A stretch of 64,000 nucleotides of DNA, from contig OX597822.1 of NCBI GenBank assembly GCA_951406725.2, positions 84,568,001 through 84,632,000 of the forward strand, written 5' to 3'. A model generated the notes under the pieces. That model searched no databases, was not told where the DNA came from, and worked only from the letters and a program-made list of their open reading frames with translations. The stretch comes from Octopus vulgaris. Its lineage: Eukaryota. The translations under genes and the position numbers were made by a program. Numbering within the stretch: position 1 is the first letter of the stretch; each line of letters starts with the position of its first letter. Positions 29,453-44,400 of this stretch are shown in pieces.

Positions 29453-29833
29453 CTGCCAAGTTTGTGCCAAAACTGCTTTCAGCTGACCAAAAAGACACTC
29501 GGGTTTCAGTTGCACAAGATCACCTTGATTGTATTAAGAACGATGAAGACTGAAAACTTTGCGCAGGCCTCTGAGCAGGTATCGCCAAGCTTTTGGCAAA
29601 ATTTGATGCAGATTCTCTGCTTAACTTTCTCTGTCATAGTCAATGCAACGATCACAGGCTACACTCCTTCCTTCCAAGCACTGCTATAAATAGCAGAAGT
29701 GAGCTAGAGCGCTAAAAGTTAGTGCGCATGCACAGCATAGTTCAAGGTCAATCTGTGCCAAGCGGCTTCACTCTGCGTGTTTTAGCTTTGTTACTATGGC
29801 AACAGTCTGGATACCTATTGATCAGACCACGTA
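29453..29833 (-). mobile_element. Mariner-derived non-autonomous fragment
   Basis: Encodes QRICIKFCQKLGDTCSEA (mariner N-terminus); homologous to 56093-56445; terminus followed by TA. Confidence 0.85.
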
Positions 29834-30189
29834 TATATGTATGTATGTCTGTGTGCGTACGTGCGTGTGTGTTTATGTGTGTGTGTTTGTGTGTGTGTGT
29901 GTGAGTGAGTGTATGTGTTATACACATACACTCAAATGGTAGAAAAGGAGGCTAGTATTGTTGTTTGCTTGCATTATTTCGAGTTGGTGTCATGTATATT
30001 AGGCGGAATTCTGTTTTTTCTTTTTTTTAAATGGTTTAATGTAATATCATTTTTCATCGGCCAATTCAGTACTTGTTCTCTCCCCAGTTCTTGATTGCGT
30101 AATTTTATCCTATTTTTACCAAAGTCTTGTCCTCTTCTGCTATATTTGTTTCCTTGTTTATCATTTCTTATTTGCCGGTTCAGTAGCTT

Positions 30190-31130
30190 CCCTACATCTG
30201 CTTGTTGATTATCTCATTCATTTCTTGTTTCGTTAAAATTGTCACTCTATCTACTTCATAAAATGTTACTTTATCTGTGAAATTGCTAAAGATATCTTTA
30301 AATATTGTGGGAATAAGGCGGATGCCTTTTGTATTTAATATCTCTAGTTTTTTTCTTTTGTATAATTTGTTTATAATTTTAGTTTGCTGTTCTCTTGCTA
30401 GTGGCATTGTTGTGCTATTTTCCACCGCCTTTGCATCACGTATATTTATTTACCTTGTCTGTAGTTTGAACCTTCTTGAAAATTGAATATATTCTGGATA
30501 TATTTTATTTTTACTTGGTTTCGTCTCCCTTATTTCTGAAACGCGTTTGGTCGAGACGCTGCGTTCATTCTGTGAATTTTTAAACGAGAGAAAACGTTGA
30601 GTGCATTTCGCCCTTAACCTGCCGCTTGTTCTTCCGACGAAGTTTTACTTACATTTTGCTCCTCTTGCAGTAATGTTGCCTTACAGATTGCATGTTCATG
30701 GGTAGTTTCTAATTAAAGATAATAGCTTTAAAGATCATAGTTTTAATCTTTTAGAGCCGCATCCATACTTTTATGTGCATTTCTAGATAAATAATTATTT
30801 ATAGCTTGGGTAGAGTATATTTGGCTTCTTGTGCAGCTGTGACTAACTTTTTGTTGTTTCTATTGAAGGGATTTCAGAATTTACTGTTGGTTGGGTAGTA
30901 TTTGCTGATTAGCATTATAAGGATATTTCGCGATAGTTTTTCTCTAGGTTTAGTCTGAAGTGCATGTTTTTTTAATGTTTTATTTGGTTTTACTTGGTTT
31001 ATGATTTTTGTGTATTTTAATTATTCATTGAACCTCTCAAAATAAGGTTTTATTGCAGAAAAGTTCTGAATGGTCAAATATTGCGTTGTTGGATTATATA
31101 TTTAAAATTCTCTGGCCAATATTGTTGACT
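30190..31130 (-). pseudogene. Decayed PLE ORF (linker plus GIY-YIG)
   Basis: Minus-strand remnants LIMLISKYYP...FNRNN..VSHSC, HAICKAT and FVGRTSGRLRAKCTQRFLSFKN resemble KHFP/SYSC/IYKA/YIG-T...H..SF motifs; many stops. Confidence 0.6.
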
Positions 31131-31320
31131 ACTCTCTTTACTCTCTTTTAATCTTTTACTTGTTTCAGTCATTCGACTGTGGCCATGCTGGAGCGCCGCT
31201 TTTAGTCTAGCAAATCGACCCCAGGACTTATTCTATCGGTCTCTTTTGCCGAATCGCTGGGTTACGGGGAGGTAAACACTACAACATCGATTGTCAAGTG
31301 ATGGTGGGAGGACAAACACC

Positions 31321-31387
<67 letters not shown>

Positions 31388-31545
31388 GCGACGAGCTTCT
31401 TTCAGTTTCAGTCTACCAAATCCACTTACAAGGCTTTGGTCTGCCCGAGGTTATACTAGAAGACACGTGCCCAAGGTGCCACGCAGTGGGACTGAACCCG
31501 GAACTGTGTGGTTGGTAAGCAAGATACTTACCACACAGCCACTCC
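31130..31545 (-). mobile_element. SINE family B
   Basis: Colinear with 28208-28761. Confidence 0.9.
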
Positions 31546-31916
31546 TATATATATATATAATGAAAATTCTCTCGGCATAATGTTTTGTGCAGTTAAGTTA
31601 ATGCTATGTCGAAAACATTCCCCATGGAATGGGAATTGTGAATTTGAACTCTATTAAAAATATATGTTAGGTTTTTACCAATTATGTCTCATTTGGGTGG
31701 ATATATACAATCGTTTGTTCAGAATGTGGTCTATGCATACTCATAGGTGGAACACAGTTATACAAAATGCAATTATACACATACTATACAAACACAACAG
31801 TAAACAACTTTACCAATAAGAGGAGAGGAAACCTCTAAGTGGCCGCTTGATCAGCTAGAAACTGTTTCCCGTAAGTCACACACAGTCCAGACAAGGCACA
31901 TACACACATACAAACA

Positions 31917-31962
<46 letters not shown>

Positions 31963-32303
31963 CACACACGTATACATACTTATGTATACATGAGAGAAAA
32001 TGGATGAATATATGAAGAAATGTGAAGAAGCACACACACACAAACACACAACCACACACACATGTATGTGTGTGTGTGTATATATATATATATGTATATA
32101 TTTATGTATACATATATTTGTATGTATGTATATGTATTTATATATACACACATACATTCACATACATCATCGTCATCATCATTTAACGTCCGTTTTCTAT
32201 GCTAGCATTGGTTGGACGGTTCGCCCGGGGTCTGGGAAGTCAGGAGGCTGCACCAGGCTCCAGTCTGATCTGGTAGTGTTTCTACATATATATATATATA
32301 TAT

Positions 32304-34092
32304 ATATTGTTATATTTCGGAATGGTCATATTGCCAGTTTAGCCAATAAAAACACACGCACTATATATTTGGTGTTATTTTGCTTCAGTGATATTTATTT
32401 TTTACATTAATCTTAATCTTATTTCGGCCAAAGTTCTTTCGTCACACTCCTGTGACCGCATCAGTGGTCCTTTGTTTTCTTCTCACTTACTTGTGTCTCT
32501 CCTTACTAACCGTCAGCCATTTTGTATTTCTATTGTATGTCTTCATTTGCGCATGCTTATATCTCTATGTGCATCTATGTTTATTTAGTGTGTGGGGGGG
32601 GATGTCTGTAATATTTGTATCTTCTGGTTATATACATTCTTGTAATTTGTATTTTGTTTTTGTTGTTGTTGCTTTTGTTCTAATTTTGTTCATGTGTTTA
32701 CATCCACCCATTATTATCATTACATATGCTTGTATGTATGTATAACAACAATATTAGTAATAATAATAATAAATCTAATCGAGAAAAAAAAAAAAAAAAG
32801 AATATACATATACATATATATATATATATACATACACATACATATACATATATATATATACATATATACACACATATATACACATATACATATACATATA
32901 TATACACATATACATACACATAGATATTCATTTCTATTTCTTTAATTACCTGTGTATTTATTATGTTTGCAGGATCCACTATTGTCATATGTTGTGGTGT
33001 GCGCTATTGCTCCATTCTAGTTTTCTATTCAGGCTAGGTTTATTTTCTATTATATGTGTAGCTTCTGTAATTTGTCTAATTGTTGCATCTGTTCTATGTG
33101 TGGACAATATCTTAATCTCTATGTTATTGATTGATCCCCCGTGTTCTTGTTCGGCGTGTTGGTACAGAATCGATTCTGTACCAACACGCCGAACAAGAAC
33201 ACGGGGGATCAATCAATAACATAGAGATTAAGATATTGTCCACACATAGAACAGATGCAACAATTAGACAAATTACAGAAGCTACACATATAATAGAAAA
33301 TAAACCTAGCCTGAATAGAAAACTAGAATGGAGCAATAGCGCACACCACAACATATGACAATAGTGGATCCTGCAAACATAATAAATACACAGGTAATTA
33401 AAGAAATAGAAATGAATATCTATGTGTATGTATATGTGTATATATATGTATATGTATATGTGTATATATGTGTGTATATATGTATATATATATATGTATA
33501 TGTATGTGTATGTATATATATATATATATTATATGTATATTCTTTTTTTTTTTTTTTTTTCTCGATTAGATTTATTATTATTATTACTAATATTGTTGTT
33601 ATACATACATACAAGCATATGTAATGATAATAATGGGTGGATGTAAACACATGAACAAAATTAGAACAAAAGCAACAACAACAAAAACAAAATACAAATT
33701 ACAAGAATGTATATAACCAGAAGATACAAATATTACAGACATCCCCCCCACACACTAAATAAACATAGACGCACATAGAGATATAAGCATGCGCAAATGA
33801 AGACATACAATAGAAATACAAAATGGCTGACGGTTAGTAAGGAGAGACACAAGTAAGTGAGAAGAAAACAAAGGACCACTGATGCGGTCACAGGAGTGTG
33901 ACGAAAGAACTTTGGCCGAAATAAGATTAAGATTAATGTAAAAAATAAATATCACTGAAGCAAAATAACACCAAATATATAGTGCGTGTGTTTTTATTGG
34001 CTAAACTGGCAATATGACCATTCCGAAATATAACAATATCTGTTTCAACACACGACTTCACATAAAAAATCTTGCACAACAAATATTTAAAC

Positions 34093-34093
<1 letters not shown>
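32304..34093. mobile_element. 1.74-kb PLE palindrome (868-bp arms, no spacer, centre 33171/33172) with about 54-bp right tail, in (TA)n
   Basis: Mirror ORFs 32985-33212 and 33131-33358 encode [11 protein letters not shown]...IKIL...[17 protein letters not shown] (GIY-YIG C-terminus of PLE type); HHR-like motif in each arm. Confidence 0.92.
33873..33917 (+). ncRNA. Variant minimal HHR-like motif (mirror at 32426-32470, minus)
   Basis: GGACCA-CTGATGC-G-GTCACA-GGAG-TGTGAC-GAAAG-AA-CTT-TGGCC; last core A replaced by C. Confidence 0.6.
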
Positions 34094-34171
<78 letters not shown>

Positions 34172-34589
34172 TATGTACACACATGCATACTTATGTATAC
34201 ATGAGGGAAAATGGATGAATATATGAAGAAATGTAAAGAAGTACACACACACACACATATATATATATACACACACGTATACATACTTATGTATACATGA
34301 GAGAAAATGGATGAATATATGAAGAAATGTGAAGAAGCACACACACACAAACACACAACCACACACACATGTATGTGTGTGTGTGTATATATATATATAT
34401 GTATATATTTATGTATACATATATTTGTATGTATGTATATGTATTTATATATACACACATACATTCACATACATCATCATCATCATCATTTAACGTCCGT
34501 TTTCTATGCTAGCATTGGTTGGACGGTTCGCCCGGGGTCTGGGAAGTCAGGAGGCTGCACCAGGCTCCAGTCTGATCTGGTAGTGTTTC

Positions 34590-34659
<70 letters not shown>

Positions 34660-35342
34660 TATATATACATATATGTACACACATGCATACTTATGTATAC
34701 ATGAGGGAAAATGGATGAATATATGAAGAAATGTAAAGAAGTACACACACACACACACGCGCATATGTGCTTATGTATGTGTGTTTGCGTATGTATGTGT
34801 CTGTGTGTGTGTAATTTTTCAGATTAAAAACCATACCACATACATGTGACATCAATAATGTTTGCATTGTTAGAACTGCTTCTAACTCAAAATTGAATTT
34901 TGTTTTACTTGTGCGGCGCTGTTTCACATCAGCAAATATATTTTACCATATCTATATATACACCCCAGAGCAGCGATTGTAATTCGTTTCGACCTGACTC
35001 GGTTACACGCTGCCGGTGAGCTGAAATAACAGCGCAATCTCGATATCCATCGATCTGGTTCACCTAAGGAGCGATTCCTTTCGCCTGGTCATGAGACACG
35101 TTTAATGTTTTTTAACACGCGGCCTCTTAAAAGATTTTTCCCTCGGACGAAATTCTGCAACCAATAAGCGTATAAACAAAATACATTAAGTATGTGACAT
35201 CGGTAAATGTTTGCAGTATTAGAGCTACTTCTAATTCAAAATTATGTATGTATGTATGTATGTATGTATGTATGTATGTATGTATGTATGTATGTATGTA
35301 TGTATGTATGTATGTATGTATGTATGTATGCATGTATGCATG

Positions 35343-35732
<390 letters not shown>

Positions 35733-35888
35733 ATATATATATATATATTGATATATATATGCATACAAACACACACACACTTAAACAAAAATTTGCATAC
35801 ATAGATACTTATGTATGTCTATGTACATATATAATTATGAATGTTATCATTAACTTAAATAAACAATACGAATATTTTTGCATAGGCA

Positions 35889-35973
<85 letters not shown>

Positions 35974-36365
35974 ACTAGTATATATGTATGCATGTGTATA
36001 CATACATGCATGTATAATAAAGCTTGTCAAAATTTAGAAAGTTATGAAATTGTAAATCTATACAAAATACACAATCAATATTTCCCAGCGGATTGTTTAA
36101 GAATTTTTGCAACTTGGTTTCCAAAAGTAATATTAGACTAACATTGCTGATGGCTCTCTTTTATTATTTCATGGTAATCTAGAGTAACAAATGTACTCGT
36201 ATCACACTCCTCGCCCTCACACACAATCTTGGCCTAACACTAAAAGATATTAGGTAGCAATTATATTATTATTTTTATATACTGTATACTGACTGTGTTA
36301 TGTATCTACGAGTGCTATGTATGCAAGTCTATCTGTATCTATGCACAGACATTAATAAACATGTG

Positions 36366-36431
<66 letters not shown>

Positions 36432-37774
36432 ATTACACAACCGCATATGTATATATGATATATGATATAAACATATAGATGCATACAGGCGCACCCATAC
36501 TCACACACATACATGTACAGGCATATGTATGTGTATATATACATACACTCACTCGAACATAATCACACGCACACATACACTACAATCTGAGGTTAGCACT
36601 CCTAAACACACAAACACGCTACTCACAACACTTTCACACACACACACACATACAAATAACATATATATTTACATATACGCTACACACATGCATACCACAC
36701 ATACACATGCTCACTCAGCGCTCACACACACACACGTTCACACACACACTCGCGCGCGAATGCACACGGGAACACAGAGACCATCTATGCACTTTTGTGC
36801 TTCGAAACCTTCAGTTTTTCTCTCTCTGGCTTCCGGTCAAATATATTTTGACCCTGTAGCTACCCACATGCTTTTCTCCTGTTCATCCTTTTTCCTCTTC
36901 AAACTATGATCGAGACGCTGTATGTTCACTGTTAATTTCGATATCTAAAACTTTCACCGAGCGTCAGACTAAGATATCCACTGTGCATCCATTTGAAATT
37001 TGTTGCTTTTGGTTCTTGAATTCGCCGAACGTCACCGATTTGTTTGATGTACACACACACACACACACGCACGCAAACACACACACACGCACACACACTC
37101 ACGCACACATGCATACACACACAATCTCACATACATACGTATACAGACACTCACACACTCACACACATTTGCGCGCGCGCCAACACACACATGGTATTCC
37201 CTAGCGTACAGTAAATGCAAGGGAGATAATCATTTCTTGATGATATTTGGCAGGATTAGAAGTTTGTATCTGAGATGAATGTAATACAAATATATAACAT
37301 TTTCTGTTGTAATGACGAACTTCTTAACGGTTCTCATCAGTGGTAATAAAGCGCTATTTCCATCTTTTTAGAAATCATCTGCATGACATAACCTGAGGTA
37401 TATTAATGAAATATTTTATGAAGCGAGACAATTCTTATGGATAGAAAGTAATTACAGTCTGGAAGAAATTCATGGAATGTGTATTTTTCTTTTCTCTTTT
37501 CTTTTCCTAGTAGTGTTAGTAAGTATGTATGAATATACATACCTACATACATACTTATATATATATATACACGCATACACACAGACATATACTTCTCTCT
37601 TTCTCTCTCTCTCTATATATATATGCGTTTAGACTTTATAATAAAATATATATCGATTTGTCTCAGTAAATACGCTGCAAGTTATGTGTATTGGATAATA
37701 TTTTTCTCACTTCACTGTCTGCTTTTTGCCTCTGTTCCTCTGTCGCTCAGTCTGTCTTTCTGTCGATTTCCCTC

Positions 37775-37877
<103 letters not shown>

Positions 37878-38066
37878 CACACACATGCATATATATATAT
37901 ATACATACACGCGCATATATGTATGTATGTATGTATCTATATATGTATATATATATATATATGTATACACACACATACATATACACACATGCATATATGT
38001 ACATATATACATACATGCATGCATACATACATATATATATATAATGTGTGTAAATATATATAAATC

Positions 38067-38143
<77 letters not shown>

Positions 38144-38584
38144 ATGCATCTACAACGCAAACATATACGTATATCTATACATATTTACATCTATATGCAA
38201 ATCTACACATTTCTTTAGTTTTCTTTACGTGCGAAAAATTCCACACCGTATCCTTCTCTACAGCACACAGATATCACAAGCTGCCTCTCTCTATTCAATT
38301 AACTTTGCATCAACTTTCAGCAGATGGGCTCATGTATATGCAGCGATCTGTGTACTGATGCATGAAAGTGTGCATATAACAAGCTTCCTTAAACTACAAG
38401 CTGCTTGGCTGCTACAATCAACACTAATATCTCTTTGGGGGGTTGTTCTCAAGCGAAAATATCTTGTTTTCTTTTGTTATTTCATCTCCTCTCTGCTATT
38501 CTTTTCGTCTGAGATATAACTACATACATAAATATATAAAATACGTATGTAAATTTCTATTTATATATGCACAAACCTGCATGT

Positions 38585-38616
<32 letters not shown>

Positions 38617-38658
38617 GTATACATACATAAATGCACACATACATGTATATATTTATAT

Positions 38659-38754
<96 letters not shown>

Positions 38755-38849
38755 GTATGCATATGTGTGTCTGTGTGTTTTTATGTATATTCATATCTAT
38801 ATTTGAATATATATATGCGTGTGTGTATGTGTCTCTCTCTCTCTATATA

Positions 38850-38885
<36 letters not shown>

Positions 38886-40204
38886 TATACACACATACAC
38901 ACACATATATGTGGATATGCATATATTTATTCTCGCTCTCTATACACACACCCACATGCACATGTCTGTAAAGTGGTAAAATCTCACCAATTTTAATGTG
39001 TCTAATTCAGACCTTTATTCCCTGAAAGTGCTCTGCAAATAATTAGGAAGTAGCTGGTGCTATGACCAATGTCTATGTGAAGAATGAATCTGAAATATAC
39101 TCATATGAAGAAAATATGTGCAAACCTTCTGGGTTATCTAGATGTTTCTGTGATTATTCGCTTCTTCAGTTGATGTTGAGAAAGAGGCCGATTCCAATGA
39201 AATTTTGCCCTTCAGCCTCCAGGGCCAAAGATAAAGTAACTGGAAGGGCACAAGGTGAACGAAGGGAGCGTGTCATTCACAACTGCAAAGGATCTTGTTT
39301 TAATGAGTTCTTAATCTAGATTTACAGGCATCCACCAAGAACGTGGTCGCTAAATGGGAAATGTTAAAATTTTTAGGAGCGATTTATATGGTAACCAGAC
39401 TCACGTAACCCATACAAGGTACATCGAAAGAATATCGAAAGAATGAATCTAAAGCATATCGATGTGAAGAATATGTGCGTAAACCTTTCGGAAATTCACT
39501 AGTGTTGAAGGAGACAGATTCCTGTGAAGGCTTGCTTTAAATAACAATCAGTTCTGAGTGCATAAGTATAAAGCGATCAAGACAGACAATACCAACGGAG
39601 CCAAGGCTTCTATATAAGCATCAAAATAATCTTGTTTTATAGAAGCAATAAAAAAAGAATTTGTATCTAAAAAGAAACCCACAGACACACATACACGTGG
39701 CAATCTATGCAAATAGGGGATGATAGTCGTCAAAAACCGTGATTGTCCTTGGTATGTAAACGCCGGTGAGAAAAATCATTCCTTGCGGTGCAGATACACA
39801 CGCTTGTATGCATACACACGCCCCCACACTGCAATAAAGATTCAATTCCATAACCATTTCCGTTATGTGCAGAAGTTGCCACTCATTTCACTCCATTTTT
39901 TGTAGTGTTTGTTTTTGCTACTTCGCTTTTACTATATGGCTTCGTGGCTTCGGATAGAAAGAAATGAGTTACAGAAACAGGCAAAAACTCAGAGAAAGAG
40001 AGTGAGAGAGGGAGATATTGCAAGATATCAAGGCATATCAATGCATAAAAAAATTTGCTTGATCAGCAGGTCTTCTCCAATTACAAAAGTGAGGTGTTTA
40101 ATCGGTGCCCACATGAGAGAAAATTCGAGCTGAAGACATAGACTTCTCTGCCTACTGAATAGTGAACGGAAATCGTACAAAAACTGACCTCTACGGATAA
40201 AACT

Positions 40205-40276
<72 letters not shown>

Positions 40277-40278
<2 letters not shown>

Positions 40279-40940
40279 GAGAAAGAAGCAACAAGAATGG
40301 ATTAGTTTTTAGTACAATTGTTTCATACAAAGACAGGCTTTATTAAAAGTTGCAAAAATTGCAGCAGATAAAAGTGTCCCGTACTCATCAGCTAAAATAC
40401 ATATGAGTTCTCCAAACATCTTAGTGGGTGAGGCTATACTCATGAAGTATTGGAGATAATTTCATTAAAAGCAGATTTAGGTTGTAAACAGATTTCCGAA
40501 GTTCCTTAATGATGATGCACAGTCTTATCACAGGCTTTTAAAAAAAAGCTTAGCTTTTTTTTAAAAACCTGTGATAAGACTGTGCATCATCATTAAGGAA
40601 CTTCGGAAATCTGTTTACAACCTAAATCTGCTTTTAATGAAATTATCTCCAATACTTCATGAGTATAGCCTCACCCACTAAGATGTTTGGAGAACTCATA
40701 TGTATTTTAGCTGATGAGTACGGGACACTTTTATCTGCTGCAATTTTTGCAACTTTTAATAAAGCCTGTCTTTGTATGAAACAATTGTACTAAAAACTAA
40801 TCCATTCTTGTTGCTTCTTTCTCGTGTATAATCACCCCACATTACTGTATGGTTAACACCATATAGTTTTCTGGTGCATCTAAGTTAAGTACCACATTCA
40901 AGTAAATTCATTGGAATTGACTTGAATCTTAATTGCTTTT

Positions 40941-40944
<4 letters not shown>
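40277..40944. mobile_element. 549-bp near-perfect palindrome (40277-40825, centre 40551) plus about 120-bp right tail, in (TA)n
   Basis: Arms are reverse complements; canonical HHR in each arm; (TA)n on both sides. Confidence 0.92.
40705..40795 (+). ncRNA. Minimal type I hammerhead ribozyme motif (mirror at 40307-40397, minus)
   Basis: TTTTAG-CTGATGA-GTAC...GTAT-GAAAC-AATT-GTA-CTAAAA; all core residues canonical. Confidence 0.85.
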
Positions 40945-40971
<27 letters not shown>

Positions 40972-40975
<4 letters not shown>

Positions 40976-41582
40976 TTTAACTCCACTTAAATATGACTGT
41001 CCCCTAGGAGCCAACGATACTGCTATTTTAACACCAGGAGGTTATGCAGTGCATTCTGCACTCGATATATATTGGAAGCGGGGAGAAAACTGTACTATTA
41101 TATTACGAACTGGAGTGAACTACTGCTATGTCTAGCGGACGAATACCCCTCATTGAAGATGTACAGAGGAAGGTCGAAACCTATTTCTTTATTACCCACA
41201 AGGGGCTAAACACAGAGGGGACAAACAAGGACAGACATAGGTATTAAGTCGATTACATCGACCCCAGTGCGTAACTGGTACTTAATTTATCGACCCCGAA
41301 AGGATGAAAGGCAAAGTCGACCTCGACGGAATTTGAACTCACAACGTAACGGCAGATGAAATACCGCTAGGCATTTGGACCGGCGTGTTAACGTTTCTGC
41401 CAGGTCACCGTCTTAAAGGAAGGCCGAAACTGTACAGTCTGATGGTCTCGGTGCTAAAACAGTAGGGTGTGCCTGATGGTTATACACTGCATAACCAGCA
41501 GGAGGAGATGTCCTCTTGGGCTTAAAATGGCAGTATCGTCTGTTCCTAGGTAATAACCGTGTTTAGGTGGCGTTAAGCACTA
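40972..41582. mobile_element. Older inverted-repeat element with an HHR-like motif in the spacer, interrupted by a SINE
   Basis: 40972-41052 resembles the reverse complement of 41483-41582; rejoined spacer reads CCTCA-TTGAAGA...GAAAC-TGTACA-GTC-TGATGG. Confidence 0.7.
41181..41416 (-). mobile_element. SINE family A with 14-bp target-site duplication
   Basis: AGGAAGGTCGAAAC (41167-41180) and AGGAAGGCCGAAAC (41417-41430) flank it. Confidence 0.92.
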
Positions 41583-41643
41583 CTTCTTAGTATGAATACT
41601 TTCATCTCTTACAGAAATTTTCTCGACCAGCTAGTTTACTTAA

Positions 41644-41675
<32 letters not shown>

Positions 41676-42287
41676 ACACACACACACACACACACACACG
41701 CGCACGCACACGCACACACGCACACACACACGCGCACACACACACGCACACACACACACAGTCACACACTCACACACACACACAGTCACACGTGCAAAAA
41801 CTTTATTTTCAATTTTGTATGTTTCAATGATATTTCTTAATTTTTCAATGCTGACATCTGTTGTTAGAAGAATTGTAATCTCAGAATTCTTCAGATTCGA
41901 AAGACTGCTCTTTTAGGATATGTCTACACACTGCATATGTAACTTCAAAGGACATTTAGAACGCTGCTTCTAATATCTTGTTTTCAATGGATATTGTTGA
42001 AAATGGTGGCCTTTTCTCAGTATGAATCGCTGTTTCATTCAAATATGTAATTACGAACTTTTGCAAGTATAACATGTGTAGTATTGATGTATCACTTGAA
42101 CTAGCAGAGGTCTATTTTCCTGGTGGTACGTAGAAGATAAAAGAGAGCCACTGTATAAGAAATACCCTTGTCTTGCACAGGATTAACAAATATAGCGGAC
42201 AAGTCGACGCAGATCGCTTGGATTCATTTGCGGAACTGATTTCGAAGATCGTTTATCATTATTTGGGAAGCTTTAATCAGTGGCTGG

Positions 42288-42346
<59 letters not shown>

Positions 42347-42557
42347 TGCGTGTGCGTGTGTGTGAGTGTGTATGTGTTTGAGCCTGGACGCTTAGTTGTT
42401 TGATCATGGTGGTAATGATGATGGTGTTGTGATGGTGGTCTCTTCTGATCTGCAAATATATAACAGAAATAGTAGTAGTAGTAGTAGTAGTAGCAGTAGT
42501 AGTAATAATGTTAGGAACTTTTCTTTTCCAACAGTTTAGTCTGTTGTGCGTATATGA

Positions 42558-42588
<31 letters not shown>

Positions 42589-42962
42589 TTAATAATAATA
42601 ACAACCACAACAACAACAATATAATGTGATATATATATATATATATATATATATTTACATACACACACACATCCAAACACATACATATATGTACAGATAC
42701 TCATATTGAATGGTGATATCCAAGCAGCCAATTGAGGACAAAGATATCTGTTATCAGGCGCCCTTGGATAAATAACAAAACGAACCTTCGGAATGCAGCT
42801 GTATAAACCATTTAAACAGAGCCGAGTTAACGATAATGTTGGCAAAGAACGAAGCCTTTTGGATTAACGATTGGACCATTATTATTCTCCTCCTTCGTGC
42901 CACACATACATACATTCGTACATACATGAACTCCCGCATATATACACGTACACCCATACACG

Positions 42963-43043
<81 letters not shown>

Positions 43044-43389
43044 ATATTTTCAATGATTTTACTAAGATTTGGTATACAAGAAGTACTTGTACAGATGAGT
43101 AATTTTTTGCCGGTGTGACATGAAAATTTACAAAACCAGGATCTTCCAAGGCCTCACGTTTTATTTAGAAGAGTTCGTTCTCCTGGGTAGATTATCAGCC
43201 AAGGTTAAAGAGCCGTTACTTGCCGATGAGGTAAGCTATCCTGTTCCGGACACCAAACCGACACCCAAACGCTCTATAAAGTGATTCCGGTGTCCGACAC
43301 GGAGTAGCGCATTCATACATGAAAAATAAAAAAGAGAAAAGATGTAAGACGTGATTTAAAAATTATAAGATTTAGATATAAATAATATA

Positions 43390-43800
<411 letters not shown>

Positions 43801-43809
43801 AATTTATAA

Positions 43810-44166
43810 ATAAGGATAATACCGATATTATCAAGTGGCCAGCATAGGAATAAATACCATACAAAGGTAATAATTTTTTACAACTAAAAACTAAAGGTGT
43901 CTGAGAGACACCACCATGCCGAAATAGCAGTCAAATCCCTGACTCTAAAAACCACCTTATTTAACTGATGAAGGCAGAGCTTATTTGAAGCAAAGCTAGA
44001 AATCCAGGATCTTGAATTATTCAGTTATATCTTTTTGCTTGTCTATTTTGTCCCTCTGTCTTATCTCATGGTGCGATATGAACATTTAAGGTGGCTTTTA
44101 GAGTCAGGGATTTGACTGCTATTTCGGCATGGTAGTGTCTCTCAGACTCCCTTATTTTAAGTTGTA
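43810..44166. mobile_element. Inverted-repeat element (about 80-bp arms 43879-43959 / 44087-44166) with left extension, in (TA)n
   Basis: Arms are reverse complements; HHR motif in the spacer. Confidence 0.8.
43959..44017 (+). ncRNA. Minimal type I HHR motif
   Basis: ATTTAA-CTGATGA-...AGCTT..AAGCT-A-GAAAT-CCAGG-ATC-TTGAAT; stem II junction imperfect. Confidence 0.6.
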
Positions 44167-44174
44167 TATATATA

Positions 44175-44400
44175 TCTTTTATGTTTTACGTATTCAAGTC
44201 ATTGACTGGACTGCGACCATGCTGGGTTAACACCTTGAAAGGCATTGTTGAACAAATTGGTCTGGTACTTATTCTACCCACCTTTTCCTTTCATCCTTTC
44301 GGTGTCCTTAAAATAGGTACGAGTTGAGTACTGGGGGCCGATGTAATCGACTAGCCCCATCCACTAAAGTTTCAGACCTCTGCTTTTAATAGAAAGGATT
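44175..44400. mobile_element. Adjacent fragments of SINE B tail (minus) and SINE A (plus)
   Basis: GACTGCGACCATGCTGG; CCTTTCATCCTTTCGG...GATGTAATCGACT. Confidence 0.65.

Larger units (their letters stand above)
31945..34757. repeat. About 500-bp tandem duplication (A-TA-B)x2; first copy carries the palindrome in its TA tract
   Basis: 31945-32290 matches 34250-34595; 34165-34255 matches 34667-34757. Confidence 0.88.
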
